DNA from: Minisyncoccia bacterium
GTDB taxonomy: Bacteria > Patescibacteriota > Minisyncoccia > Phycocordibacterales > UBA918
DNA length: 64,000 nt
Assembly (NCBI GenBank): GCA_041750655.1
Contig: JBGSYZ010000011.1
Coordinates: 65,794-129,793 of the forward strand
Reading direction: 5' to 3'
The notes under the pieces were generated by a model. It was given only the letters and a program-made list of their open reading frames with translations. It had not been told where the DNA came from and searched no databases. Positions 1-9,574 of this stretch are shown here, piece after piece (the stretch's first letter is position 1; every line of letters starts with the position of its first letter). The position numbers were made by a program, and so were the translations under genes.

Positions 1-471
1 TTCCCAATCAGTCCCGGTTACATCCCAGTATAATTCTGGATTGTTGTTTCCATAATATGAAAGACCACCTTCAACTCGATAATAGATTCTATATTCATGA
101 ACACCAGTGATTGTCACATCTGGGTCACCAATTTTAATCTCCAATTCGTTTCCACTTTCACTTAAATTAAAAGGAGCTGACGACCTGTCTACTTGAACAC
201 TATTTACCTCTACTTTGATTTTTCGTTCCTTGTACCACGATGAGGCTTTTTGTGGGTGTATAAGTGGAATAGTTCTAAAAATTCCATGCTTATTGAATAC
301 ATCAAAGTCGTATTGAATTACCTCCTCAACATCAAAGGAGCCGTCTTTATGAAGTGTTATTACTGAATCAAAATTATTGATTTTTTCATACCCAAAAACC
401 GTCACTGGCAGCACCAGAAAAATACAAACGGCTATGAATAAAGAAGCCAATACATTTCTACTCCGTGTCAT
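1..471 (-). CDS. DUF2207-family membrane protein (N-terminal part; runs off window start)
   Basis: Manual translation MTRSRNVLASLFIAVCIFLVLPVTVFGYEKINNFDSVITLHKDGSFDVEEVIQYDF...HGIFRTIP; signal peptide plus DUF2207-type start; typical lemA neighbour. Confidence 0.8.
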   Translation of the reverse strand, partial: MTRSRNVLASLFIAVCIFLVLPVTVFGYEKINNFDSVITLHKDGSFDVEEVIQYDFDVFNKHGIFRTIPLIHPQKASSWYKERKIKVEVNSVQVDRSSAPFNLSESGNELEIKIGDPDVTITGVHEYRIYYRVEGGLSYYGNNNPELYWDVTGTDWE

Positions 472-841
472 GTCGGATTCCCTGCGGTGTTTCATTACTG
501 TGATAGTCAGTGTCTTCAGACCAATGTAAAAACAACTGTCGTTTATACGAACCTTTTTCGTTGATGTTTTCTTCCAACGCCGTCTTGATATCAGCTTCTG
601 AAAATTCCATCAGCTGCATAAGTGTATCTAAGGCCACCATTAAATCAGCATATTCACTAAGAAGATCATTACGATTACGGGCTTTTACTAAACCACCCGC
701 TTCTTCGATTATTTTTTTGAGGAGCTCTTGTTGAAATTCATGAGCATCATCCAGAACCCGTACGTCGCACAGCTCTCCTTTACCTTCAATTATTTCTGGA
801 ATTTTGTCCCGAATTAATTTGTTATAGAAAATTCGTGCCAT
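458..841 (-). CDS. MazG-like house-cleaning NTP pyrophosphohydrolase (PRA-PH-like)
   Basis: YNKLIRDKIPEII and EEAxE...EYADL motifs. Confidence 0.8.
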   Translation of the reverse strand: MARIFYNKLIRDKIPEIIEGKGELCDVRVLDDAHEFQQELLKKIIEEAGGLVKARNRNDLLSEYADLMVALDTLMQLMEFSEADIKTALEENINEKGSYKRQLFLHWSEDTDYHSNETPQGIRHDTE

Positions 842-850
842 AAGCTGTTG

Positions 851-1435
851 TTAGAATGTAACTTGTACGTTCTCCTTCTCTACGCTATCTGCTTCAAGCT
901 CAAAGTACTCTTCTTCTTTGAAACCAAACATCTTACCAATAACATTGCTTGGGAATGACTGAAGTGCAATTGCCAAATCCCGTACATTGCCGTTGTAGAA
1001 ACGGCGGGCGGCTTGAATCTTATTTTCTGTGTCTGACAACTCAGTTTGGAGTTGGCTGAAGTTTTGGTTAGCCTTGAGATCAGGATACGCTTCGGCAATA
1101 GCCATCAATCTTCCTAATGCCCCAGAGAGATTCGTTTCAGCTCCCGCCATAGCCTGGATTTGTTCAGGAGTGATGTTTGAAGGATCAACGTGTACCTTAG
1201 TTGCTTCCGCCCGAGCAGCTACCACAGCATCAAAAGTCTCCCGCTCGTGACTCGCATACCCTTTTACAGTTTCCACCAAGTTGGGAATTAGGTCATAGCG
1301 GCGCTTTAGTTGTACATCAATGTCGGCCCACGCTTCTTTGGTACGTTGTACCAACTTTACAAAGTTGTTGTAGGCAAAGATAGCCCAAAACACCGCTACA
1401 GCTATTATCCCTAAAATGATCCACATAGTCGTCAT
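851..1435 (-). CDS. lemA: LemA family protein
   Basis: N-terminal TM, IDVQLKRRYDLIPNLVETVKGY, EAYPDLKAN, RRFYN. Confidence 0.95.
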   Translation of the reverse strand: MTTMWIILGIIAVAVFWAIFAYNNFVKLVQRTKEAWADIDVQLKRRYDLIPNLVETVKGYASHERETFDAVVAARAEATKVHVDPSNITPEQIQAMAGAETNLSGALGRLMAIAEAYPDLKANQNFSQLQTELSDTENKIQAARRFYNGNVRDLAIALQSFPSNVIGKMFGFKEEEYFELEADSVEKENVQVTF

Positions 1436-1561
1436 AAAATAAATCTAGTTTATTCAGTAATGTGAATATATTAGCATGTTGTGGAAAACTTGACACATAC
1501 GCGAGAAGTATTATCTTGTTTTTAGAGTTCGACACCCGTTTCATAGAAAAAAGGTGACACA

Positions 1562-1819
1562 ATGGCTTTCACTAAATTTGATGACCTGAAGATTGGTGAT
1601 CGATTCTATACCGACGGACACATTTGGGAAAAAATTGATACTAATTTCAGTTTGTTTAATTCTAAGCCTGACATATCTGCAAAAATTAATGCCCGAACAG
1701 TAAATCGACCAGACGCTGTTGAATTTAGAGAATTTGACGATGCGTGTCTGGTTCAAATAGAAATTCCAAACCCTGCTGATGTTATTTCGTTCACAAGATT
1801 AAGAGGGATTGAATCATAA
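1562..1819 (+). CDS. Orphan hypothetical protein in own promoter/terminator unit
   Basis: TTGACA 1490-1495, TATCTT 1512-1517, AAGGTGA SD, hairpin right after stop. Confidence 0.7.
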   Translation: MAFTKFDDLKIGDRFYTDGHIWEKIDTNFSLFNSKPDISAKINARTVNRPDAVEFREFDDACLVQIEIPNPADVISFTRLRGIES

Positions 1820-1850
1820 GCGCGGGTCCTGCGGACCCGCGCTTTTTCTT
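1819..1850 (+). terminator. Intrinsic terminator
   Basis: AGCGCGGGTCC-TGC-GGACCCGCGCT then TTTTCTT. Confidence 0.85.
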
Positions 1851-1912
1851 TATATATTGACTTCGTTGTTTTTTACCCTACAGTAGCTTATAGATGAATG
1901 AGGTAGTGCAAA

Positions 1913-2431
1913 ATGAAACGAAATGAGCTTGGAGTGCCAATCCGATCGTATCGATGGGCAGAGAATAGCGACAACCAAAGACTTTTACATAGACTTGCAC
2001 ATTCTCACAATAAATTTGTACGCGCGGCGGTAGCTCGAAACAAACATGTTTCTGGTGTCTTGTTAGAGATGTTACTACACGATGAATCACCGGGTGTGGT
2101 GGCTCACGCATTAGGTAACAAAAACCTGACACGAGAACAATTCGAATCTGTGTTTATTCGTATGTCAGGAGCTTTTTGCTGGGTTATTCATCCCGTCTTG
2201 GCCGGACACAAATTGGCAACCATCGACGAACTTACCATATTACTTGATCGTAATTATTGGAATATCAAAATCGCCATTTTAAACAACCATTTTGGGAGAG
2301 ACCAGGACGCATATAAAGCAATGATTAAGCCTATAGTTCCCACCAGTGAAAGCGAGGAAAGCATTCTCACTTGGAAAGAGATAGATTTCTTAGCCTATTA
2401 TCGTTACTACGGTGTGCGAAAATTTACGTGA
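1913..2431 (+). CDS. Hypothetical protein with LRV/HEAT-like helical repeats
   Basis: RLAHSHNKFVRAAVARN / LLHDESPGVVAHALGN repeat pattern; TTGACT promoter and GAGGT SD. Confidence 0.65.
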   Translation: MKRNELGVPIRSYRWAENSDNQRLLHRLAHSHNKFVRAAVARNKHVSGVLLEMLLHDESPGVVAHALGNKNLTREQFESVFIRMSGAFCWVIHPVLAGHKLATIDELTILLDRNYWNIKIAILNNHFGRDQDAYKAMIKPIVPTSESEESILTWKEIDFLAYYRYYGVRKFT

Positions 2432-2442
2432 ACTTAACACAT

Positions 2443-2478
2443 AGCGCGGGCCCTACGGGCCCGCGCTTTTTCTTTTTT
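2443..2478 (+). terminator. Intrinsic terminator, near-identical to 1819-1850
   Basis: AGCGCGGGCCC-TAC-GGGCCCGCGCT then TTTTCTTTT. Confidence 0.85.
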
Positions 2479-2489
2479 ATAATAAAGAA

Positions 2490-2523
2490 TTAAAAACCTT
2501 CCATTCGAATGGAAGGTTTTTAA
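2490..2523 (-). terminator. groEL terminator (bidirectional-type)
   Basis: TTAAAAACCTTCCATT-CG-AATGGAAGGTTTTTAA inverted repeat. Confidence 0.8.
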
Positions 2524-2550
2524 CTATTGCGTCAAGCGTATTAACTGAGG

Positions 2551-4206
2551 CTAATACATACCTCCCATTCCCCCTCCCATACCAGACATATCTGGCATAC
2601 CCGGCTTATCGTCCTCTGGAGCATCGGCAATCGCACACTCACTTGTGAGCAAAATAGCGGCCGCTGAGACAGCGTGCTGGACACCAGCTCTCTCAACTTT
2701 CACCGGGTCGATGATTCCGGCCTTAATCATGTCATCAATCATCTCGCCTTTGAAAGCATCATACCCAGCGTTGCCACCAGCTGTTCGAACCTTCTCAACA
2801 ATCACTGCCCCATCGTGCTTACCGGTATTGTCGGCAATCTGTCGCAGTGGCATTTCGAGTGCCTTAAGTACAATGTTGTAGCCCACCAATTCTTCTTTGC
2901 TTAAATCTTTTTTATTGAGTACACCCTTTTCTACCACCGCGGCTGCGCGAGCGAGCGAAGTTCCACCACCCGGCACAATCCCTTCTTCTATCGCAGCCTT
3001 AGTAGCGTTGACAGCATCTTCAATCTTGAGCTTGAGATACTTCATTTCAGTTTCAGTCGCTGCTCCTACTTTTATCACTGCCACACCGCCAGAGAGCTTC
3101 GCGATTCGTTCTTCCATTTTTTCCTTATCGAACTTTGAACTCGCTTGATCAATTTGGATGCGCAAAGCCTTAACTCGATCGTCAATTTCAGACTTGGTTC
3201 CGGCACCACCAACTATAACAGTGTCTTCTTTGGTAGAAACGACTCGGTCGGCTTTACCAAGCTGGCTTAGCTCAGTATCTTCGAGCTTGAGACCAACCTC
3301 TTCTGTAATAACAGTCCCGCCAGTCAAAATAGCAATATCCTGGAGCACATCTTTCTTGCGGTCACCATATCCCGGAGCCTTAACAGCCAATACCGAAAAC
3401 CCGCCTTTAAGTTTATTAACCACAAAGGTCGCTAGAGCTTCTCCTTCCACATCGTCAGCAATAATCACTAACTCTTTCTTTCCGCTTTGAGCAACCTTTT
3501 CCAGTAATGGCAATATTTCTTGCACGCTAGAAATTTTCTTATCAGTAATAAGAATCTGAGCGTCTTTGTATTCTGATTCCATCCGTTCTGGATTAGTCAC
3601 CATGTATGGTGAGACATACCCACGATCGAACTGCATACCCTCAGTGAATTCAGTTTCAATACCAAAACTCTGACTTTCTTCTACTGTCACCACGCCATCC
3701 TTCCCTACCTTGTCGATAGTTTCGGCAATTTTAGCGCCAATGTCAGCACTTTCGGCTGAAATAGTGGCCACTTGCTTAATCTCTTCAATTGAATTGATTT
3801 GCGTCGCCATCGCTTTAAGAGCCTCTACCACATCATTAGAAGCGTGCTCCATACCAGTGCGCACTGCCATTGAATTGAGTCCCATGGTGGTTTGCTTCAG
3901 CCCTTCAGTCACTAATGACTGCATAAGGACGGTCGCGGTGGTAGTTCCGTCTCCAGCCAGCTCATTAGTTTTGTTGGCTACTTCCTTAACCATCTCAGCC
4001 CCCATGTTCTCAAACTTATCTTTGAGCGTGATTTCCTTGGCGATAGAAACACCGTCGTTGGTGATCATCGGACCACCATAACCTTTATCAATAATTACAT
4101 TGCGTCCGCGGGGACCTAAGGTTACCTTTACCGCGTTGGCTACTGTATCTACTCCTTTCTTCAGTTTTTTCTTTACGTCTTCGTCAAAAATTACTTCCTT
4201 TGCCAT
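2551..4206 (-). CDS. groL: Chaperonin GroEL
   Basis: VTLGPRGRNV, AGDGTTTATVL, GGM tail. Confidence 0.99.
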   Translation of the reverse strand: MAKEVIFDEDVKKKLKKGVDTVANAVKVTLGPRGRNVIIDKGYGGPMITNDGVSIAKEITLKDKFENMGAEMVKEVANKTNELAGDGTTTATVLMQSLVTEGLKQTTMGLNSMAVRTGMEHASNDVVEALKAMATQINSIEEIKQVATISAESADIGAKIAETIDKVGKDGVVTVEESQSFGIETEFTEGMQFDRGYVSPYMVTNPERMESEYKDAQILITDKKISSVQEILPLLEKVAQSGKKELVIIADDVEGEALATFVVNKLKGGFSVLAVKAPGYGDRKKDVLQDIAILTGGTVITEEVGLKLEDTELSQLGKADRVVSTKEDTVIVGGAGTKSEIDDRVKALRIQIDQASSKFDKEKMEERIAKLSGGVAVIKVGAATETEMKYLKLKIEDAVNATKAAIEEGIVPGGGTSLARAAAVVEKGVLNKKDLSKEELVGYNIVLKALEMPLRQIADNTGKHDGAVIVEKVRTAGGNAGYDAFKGEMIDDMIKAGIIDPVKVERAGVQHAVSAAAILLTSECAIADAPEDDKPGMPDMSGMGGGMGGMY

Positions 4207-4215
4207 GTTAATTGT

Positions 4216-4301
4216 TAGTTACTAGCTTTTAGTCCTTAGTCCTTAGGAAATTTGCCGAAGCAAATTCTAAGCGCTACTAGCTAAGGACTAGGCGCTAACT
4301 G
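4216..4301. repeat. Heptad TAG/CTA repeat palindrome between groES and groEL
   Basis: tagttac tagcttt tagtcct tagtcct tag - central hairpin - ctaagcg ctactag ctaagga ctaggcg ctaactg. Confidence 0.7.
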
Positions 4302-4603
4302 ATAATACCCAGAATGTCCGATTCAGCGATTATCCAATACTCTTCTTTTTCAACATTCATCTTTTCACTCCAACTTTTGAAAATTACGCGGTCACCAACT
4401 TTTACCTCCATATCCATTCGTTTACCATCATCATCCCGCGCGCCCGGACCAGTCGCTACGACAACTCCTTGGTCGCTGCGCTCTTTGGCTGAAGCTGAAT
4501 CAGGGATAATAATTCCGGAAGCTGACTTACTGCCAGCCTCTTCATCAGTAAGAGGACGAATGACAACTCGATCTCCTAATGGTTTGATTGTTACTTCTGA
4601 CAT
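4295..4603 (-). CDS. groS: Co-chaperonin GroES
   Basis: IKPLGDRVVI, GIIIPD, VVATGPG, ESDILG. Confidence 0.98.
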   Translation of the reverse strand: MSEVTIKPLGDRVVIRPLTDEEAGSKSASGIIIPDSASAKERSDQGVVVATGPGARDDDGKRMDMEVKVGDRVIFKSWSEKMNVEKEEYWIIAESDILGIIS

Positions 4604-4745
4604 AGGTCTTTATCGTATTAAATTACTTGGTTTTACAACCCTTTTAACTTTCCAAACAAAAGAAGCATTACACCTCCTTCGTGCGAGTGACATTATATGT
4701 CAATGCGGTATAGTGTCAAAAGAATCATGTTTCCAGGAGGAGAAA

Positions 4746-5069
4746 ATGTCCAAGAAACTAAGCAATGAAGCACTCTTGTACCGAGCAGAAAAGTGGCTTT
4801 ACAGAGGAGTACCACTTGGTTCGATGTTGTCTTTGATACCCTCATTTATTGGTCTTTTTATTTTTGATCTAAATGAACCTGTATCGTGGCCATTTTTGGT
4901 AATTCCGTTTTTCGGTCTCGTAATAATTTTTATTTCATTAACAATTACCGAAATTTGCCAACGTGAGCTACAAAAAGAAAAGTTCAAAAATACGGCTTTT
5001 AAAGTTTCAAAAATTAGCCGCGCGATTACTCGCGCGGCCATTTTTCTTTTACGTCTTTCAAAAGAATAA
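4746..5069 (+). CDS. Orphan 2-TM membrane protein (start MSKKLSNE)
   Basis: AGGAGG SD before ATG 4746; two hydrophobic segments; terminator-like hairpin 5017-5045 overlaps the 3' end. Confidence 0.6.
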   Translation: MSKKLSNEALLYRAEKWLYRGVPLGSMLSLIPSFIGLFIFDLNEPVSWPFLVIPFFGLVIIFISLTITEICQRELQKEKFKNTAFKVSKISRAITRAAIFLLRLSKE

Positions 5070-5117
5070 TAGAAGTTAATTTGAGACTTGCTGGAGTGGC
5101 TAGAAATTACAGGAGCT

Positions 5118-5170
5118 GGAGCCGGGGGGCGCGACTGTTTGAGCGTTAGCGAGTTTCGCGCCCGCCGTAG
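5118..5170 (+). repeat. Partial copy of structured intergenic element (GAGCCGGGG...GAGCGTTAGCGA...CCCGCC)
   Basis: Shares motif order with the right half of the element at 53994-54183. Confidence 0.45.
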
Positions 5171-5259
5171 TGTAAGCGACTTTATATGTCAAAGCACGAA
5201 GCATTCTCATCATTATTCACTTGCTCTCCGACCCCCTTTCTGGTATCATCGACCGCGAT

Positions 5260-5490
5260 ATGGAAACTTTATCGTCGGTGTTGCCGTACGTGCAAATCAT
5301 CCTCTCCATCATTCTCGTGACTGTAATTATGCTGCAACAGCGTGGTTCTAGTTTGGGTGGAGCTTTTGGTAGTGACAACTACAGTGCAACATTCAATCAA
5401 CGTCGTGGAGCAGAACTATTCCTCTTCCGCTTATCTATTGCCGTCAGTATTTTATTTGTACTCTCAGCGATCGCTTCCCTCGTTATCTAG
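5260..5490 (+). CDS. secG: Preprotein translocase subunit SecG
   Basis: IMLQQRGSSLGGAFG...RRGAE. Confidence 0.95.
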   Translation: METLSSVLPYVQIILSIILVTVIMLQQRGSSLGGAFGSDNYSATFNQRRGAELFLFRLSIAVSILFVLSAIASLVI

Positions 5491-5583
5491 CGACGGTTCC
5501 ATTCGTGGTTACGTTTCATCTTTTAGTATTCGTATTCACTAGTTTCAGCACTCCTGAATCGGTTATTTATAGCGCATTTATTT

Positions 5584-7335
5584 ATGGACAACCCATTTAT
5601 CCCGAAGCGGGTCGCAAAGAAGCGACGCACGTTGGTAGAAAAATATTTTGAATTTATAGACAACAGACGCCCAAGCGACCGGTTTTTATTGTATTTATTT
5701 ATTACTGCCCTGGTAATAAGTGTCTCTTTGATATTTCTTGATACCAATAAAGCCAACAGTGTAGAAACTCCAACCACCGGTGGAGAGCTCAAAGAAGGAA
5801 TTGTCGGTTCACCTCGTTTTGTAAACCCAGCTCTCGCTATTACCCGAGCCGACCAAGACATGGCGGCCTTGCTCTTTGACGGACTACTTAAAGTGGGCGC
5901 TGAAGGCGAGCTGGTGCCAAATATTGCTAAATCAATCACCCTATCTTCCGATGCCACTGTCTACAACGTTGTTTTACGTGATGATATAAAATTTCACGAT
6001 GGCACACCTCTAACTGCTGATGATGTAGTATTCACTATTGGACTAATCCAGAACCCCGAATTAAAAAGTCCCTTGCAAGGAAATTTTAATGACGTAGTCG
6101 TTGAAAAATTAGGTGACCATGAGATAAATTTTGTTCTTGAAGAACCATATGCTCCATTTATTGAAAACTTAACAGTTGGTATTCTCCCTCACCATGAATG
6201 GAAAGATCTATCAGTGGACCAAATACCCTTCAGTCAGCATAATACTGAACCAGTTGGTTCTGGTCCATACAGAATTAAATCAGTAAAAAGAAGCGTCTCT
6301 GGACTGATTGATGGATATACCTTGGAAGCATTTAAAGACCATATTCACTCGCCTCAAATCCAAACTATCACGATTTCTTTCTTTACTAACGCACCAGCCT
6401 TGGTGAGCGCAATAAAAGAAGGTAAAGTTGATAGTGCGACTGGCTTAGCTGAATTTACTGATGAAATTCTTACAGCTCGTTCTGACCTAACCAGCACAGA
6501 AGCACCACTCCCCCGAACGTTTGCTTTATTCTTTAATCAGAATAAATCGGCAGCACTACGACAACCGGAAGTACGAAAAATATTAGAAGCTGCTATTGAT
6601 AGAGATGCACTCATAAATAGCGCTCTAGATGGTCACGGTGTCCCCGCCACTAGTCCGGTTCCAACTGGCTTTGAGATAAGTGACATCACAAGCAGTTCAA
6701 CAAAAACGTCTGCTAGCAAGGAAGAATTGATAGCAAAACTTGAAGCTAATGGATGGAACAAAAACAGTGAAGGGATTTGGAGTAAAAAAATTGACGGTTC
6801 TGAAACCGAATTACGAGTTGATATTGCTACCGCTAACCTTCCTTTCTTGGCCGCTACGGCTGAATACTTGAAAAATGCGTGGGGAGAGATAGGTGTGCCG
6901 GTAAGTATTCGTCAATTTGAACAGTCTGACCTAACTCAGACTGTCATCAGAACTCGTGACTACGAAACACTTTTATTTGGAACTTCGGTTGGACGAAGCT
7001 TGGATTTTTATCCATTTTGGCACTCAAGCCAACGTAACGATCCAGGTCTTAATGTGGCTCTGTATGCCAACATTACGACCGACTCAGTGCTTACCAAAGC
7101 CAGGACCAGCACCAGTACTGAAGTTCGTGCAGATGCCATAAACACCTTTGTGAACGAAATAAATGACACAGTACCAGCTATCTTCTTGTTTGTGCCGACT
7201 ATTTCAACAATTGAGCCAAAGTCGTTAACAAGAGAACCAGTAAAGAAAATGTCCGTGCCGAGTGAAAGATTCTCTAACATCGAAGACTGGTACATAAAAA
7301 CTGAATCCGTATGGCCAATTTTTAATAAAAATTAA
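5584..7335 (+). CDS. Peptide ABC transporter substrate-binding protein (family 5)
   Basis: GGELKEG, KFHDGTPLTADDVVFT, PVGSGPY. Confidence 0.9.
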   Translation: MDNPFIPKRVAKKRRTLVEKYFEFIDNRRPSDRFLLYLFITALVISVSLIFLDTNKANSVETPTTGGELKEGIVGSPRFVNPALAITRADQDMAALLFDGLLKVGAEGELVPNIAKSITLSSDATVYNVVLRDDIKFHDGTPLTADDVVFTIGLIQNPELKSPLQGNFNDVVVEKLGDHEINFVLEEPYAPFIENLTVGILPHHEWKDLSVDQIPFSQHNTEPVGSGPYRIKSVKRSVSGLIDGYTLEAFKDHIHSPQIQTITISFFTNAPALVSAIKEGKVDSATGLAEFTDEILTARSDLTSTEAPLPRTFALFFNQNKSAALRQPEVRKILEAAIDRDALINSALDGHGVPATSPVPTGFEISDITSSSTKTSASKEELIAKLEANGWNKNSEGIWSKKIDGSETELRVDIATANLPFLAATAEYLKNAWGEIGVPVSIRQFEQSDLTQTVIRTRDYETLLFGTSVGRSLDFYPFWHSSQRNDPGLNVALYANITTDSVLTKARTSTSTEVRADAINTFVNEINDTVPAIFLFVPTISTIEPKSLTREPVKKMSVPSERFSNIEDWYIKTESVWPIFNKN

Positions 7336-7375
7336 CAGTAACCATTATTATTTGTACAACGTAAAAAATTACATT

Positions 7376-9373
7376 ATGAACACAGAAAACACAAACCGAG
7401 CGAATAACAACCGAACACCCCGAACAAACAACAATCAGTCGCGTAGCAACAACCGCCAGCACAGTAATCGAAACCAAACTCGCGTCTCTGTTCGTGGCGA
7501 AGGACAAAACAGCACCCGCAAGAGAACTGGTCCACACGCACCGCGTAAAAATTCACCAGGTCACCAAGGTGGTGCTCGAAAGAATTCACGTAAGCGTTCA
7601 CCACGACGTGATAATCGCCGCTCAATGACCAATCCAGCCCTTAGTCATCGCATGGCTCCCAACGACGACAAGGCTCCTATCCTGCCGGAAGTTACTGATG
7701 AGGATGTCGTACGTATTATCCCGATGTCAGGAGTAGAGCAAATTGGTCGTAACATGACCATTGTTGAAACAAAAGACGATATCATTATTTTCGATATTGG
7801 TTTTCAATTTGTGTCTGAAGAAAGTAACGCTCCTGGTATAAATTACATTCTTCCTAATACACAGTACTTGGAAGAACGAAAACATAAAATTCGTGCGTTA
7901 GTCATCACCCACGGTCACCTTGACCACATCGGTGGTATTCCGTTTGTGATGGAACGAATTGGTAATCCTCCAATTTACACTCAGTACCTGACTTCTCTTA
8001 TGGTGTTGAAGCGCCAAGAAGAATTTCCCCACATGGATCCCTTCACTATAAATGTCATAAAAGAGGGTGAGTCTTTCACTGTGGGGAGCACTAAAATCAA
8101 AACCTTCCCAGTAACCCACTCTATTCCGGATGCAATGGGTATTTCAGTGATAACCAAACATGGAAATGTAGTTATTACTGGTGACGTAAAACTTACTCAT
8201 GAGGACGGGAAAGTTGTCGACGAAGAAGCAAAGGCCTGGAAAGAGATTGGCAAAGATAACAATATTGCTCTAGTGTGTGACTCAACCAATGCTCACCAAG
8301 CTGGTTTCTCAGCTGGAGAGACTAATGTGTTGGCCAACTTGGATAAGATTGTACAAAGCGCCACCGGTCGTCTTATCATAGGTACTTTTGCTTCAAACTT
8401 CGAGCGTCTTTTTAGTGTTATTCATTCATGCGAAAAATACGGAAAAAAGGTGGTACTCGAAGGCCGTAGTATTAAAAATAGTATAGATATCGCTATCACG
8501 GCCGAACTTTTAAAGGTTGACCCTAAAACCTTCATTACCGCCAACGACATGGGTGATTACCCTGCCGACCGAATTGTGATTCTTTCAACTGGTGCTCAAG
8601 GAGAAGAATTTGCCGCCTTGATGCGTATGGCTACTGATAAGCACAAGTTTATTACCCTAAATGAGCGAGATACGATTGTACTTTCCTCTTCAGTGATCCC
8701 CGGCAACGAAATTTCAGTCCAGATGCTTAAAGACAATATTTATCGTCGCAACGTAAAGGTAGTGACGGTTCAATCAGCTGCAGTTCACTCTACTGGGCAC
8801 GGTAACGCTGGCGAGTTAGTCTGGATTCACCAAACCGTAAAGCCGAAATTTTTGATTCCTGTGCACGGTCACCACTTTATGCTTAAAAGCCATATGTATG
8901 TGGCAATTGAAAATGGTTTTCCAAAAGAAAATATCTGTGTACCCGATAACGGCTTTTTGATTGATATCAAAAATGGTACAGACATGATTGTTCAAAAAGA
9001 AAAAGCCCCCCAAGAAGATGTGTATGTGGATGGCTTTACTGTTGGTACTCGTCAAGAAGTGGTATTGCGTGACCGCAAATCATTATCTGAGGATGGTATG
9101 TTCGTGATTATTGCGACTGTTAATTCCAAGACTGGAAAGCTACGGAAATCACCTGATATCATTTCGCGCGGTTTTGTGTACTTACGAGAAAACCAACAGT
9201 TATTGTCTGAAGCTCGTGTGTTGATTAAAAAGACCGTTGAAAAGAGCACCGAACATATGAATCCACTAGATTTGGATTACGTAAAAGATGAAATTACTGA
9301 CAAAGTGTCTGGCTTCTTGATGCAAAAGACCAACAAGACGCCAATGGTTATTCCGGTGTTGATAGGGATTTGA
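7376..9373 (+). CDS. rnj: Ribonuclease J with basic low-complexity N-terminal extension
   Basis: THGHLDHIGG, HSIPD, CDSTN, HSTGH, PVHG. Confidence 0.97.
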   Translation: MNTENTNRANNNRTPRTNNNQSRSNNRQHSNRNQTRVSVRGEGQNSTRKRTGPHAPRKNSPGHQGGARKNSRKRSPRRDNRRSMTNPALSHRMAPNDDKAPILPEVTDEDVVRIIPMSGVEQIGRNMTIVETKDDIIIFDIGFQFVSEESNAPGINYILPNTQYLEERKHKIRALVITHGHLDHIGGIPFVMERIGNPPIYTQYLTSLMVLKRQEEFPHMDPFTINVIKEGESFTVGSTKIKTFPVTHSIPDAMGISVITKHGNVVITGDVKLTHEDGKVVDEEAKAWKEIGKDNNIALVCDSTNAHQAGFSAGETNVLANLDKIVQSATGRLIIGTFASNFERLFSVIHSCEKYGKKVVLEGRSIKNSIDIAITAELLKVDPKTFITANDMGDYPADRIVILSTGAQGEEFAALMRMATDKHKFITLNERDTIVLSSSVIPGNEISVQMLKDNIYRRNVKVVTVQSAAVHSTGHGNAGELVWIHQTVKPKFLIPVHGHHFMLKSHMYVAIENGFPKENICVPDNGFLIDIKNGTDMIVQKEKAPQEDVYVDGFTVGTRQEVVLRDRKSLSEDGMFVIIATVNSKTGKLRKSPDIISRGFVYLRENQQLLSEARVLIKKTVEKSTEHMNPLDLDYVKDEITDKVSGFLMQKTNKTPMVIPVLIGI

Positions 9374-9460
9374 GTAGCAATGAGCGCCAGCGACTATGTT
9401 CTCAAATCGTTCCGTTAGAGCTTTTCCAAGAAAAAGCTCGAGGAACACCATAACCGAACG
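9374..9460 (+). repeat. Hairpin-rich element with interrupted antisense copy of rnj 3' end
   Basis: CTCAAATC and AACACCATAACC complement GATTTGAG and GGTTATTCCGGTGTT; GAGCGCCAGCGA motif. Confidence 0.4.
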
Positions 9461-9574
9461 ATCATCAGTAAACTTAAAAAACAGCCGAGCAGCTCAGCTG
9501 CCGAGGTTGTTTACTTTTCTCATATTTAAGGTATATTTCACAAGAGAACCATTCCTCAAAGGAAGGAAGAGTCC

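Noticed and set aside
4314-4745. N-terminal part of the 251-aa ORF
   Set aside because: Antisense shadow of groES; the real start is the SD-preceded ATG at 4746.
4604-4745. CIRCE operator upstream of groES
   Set aside because: No TTAGCACTC-N9-GAGTGCTAA match seen.
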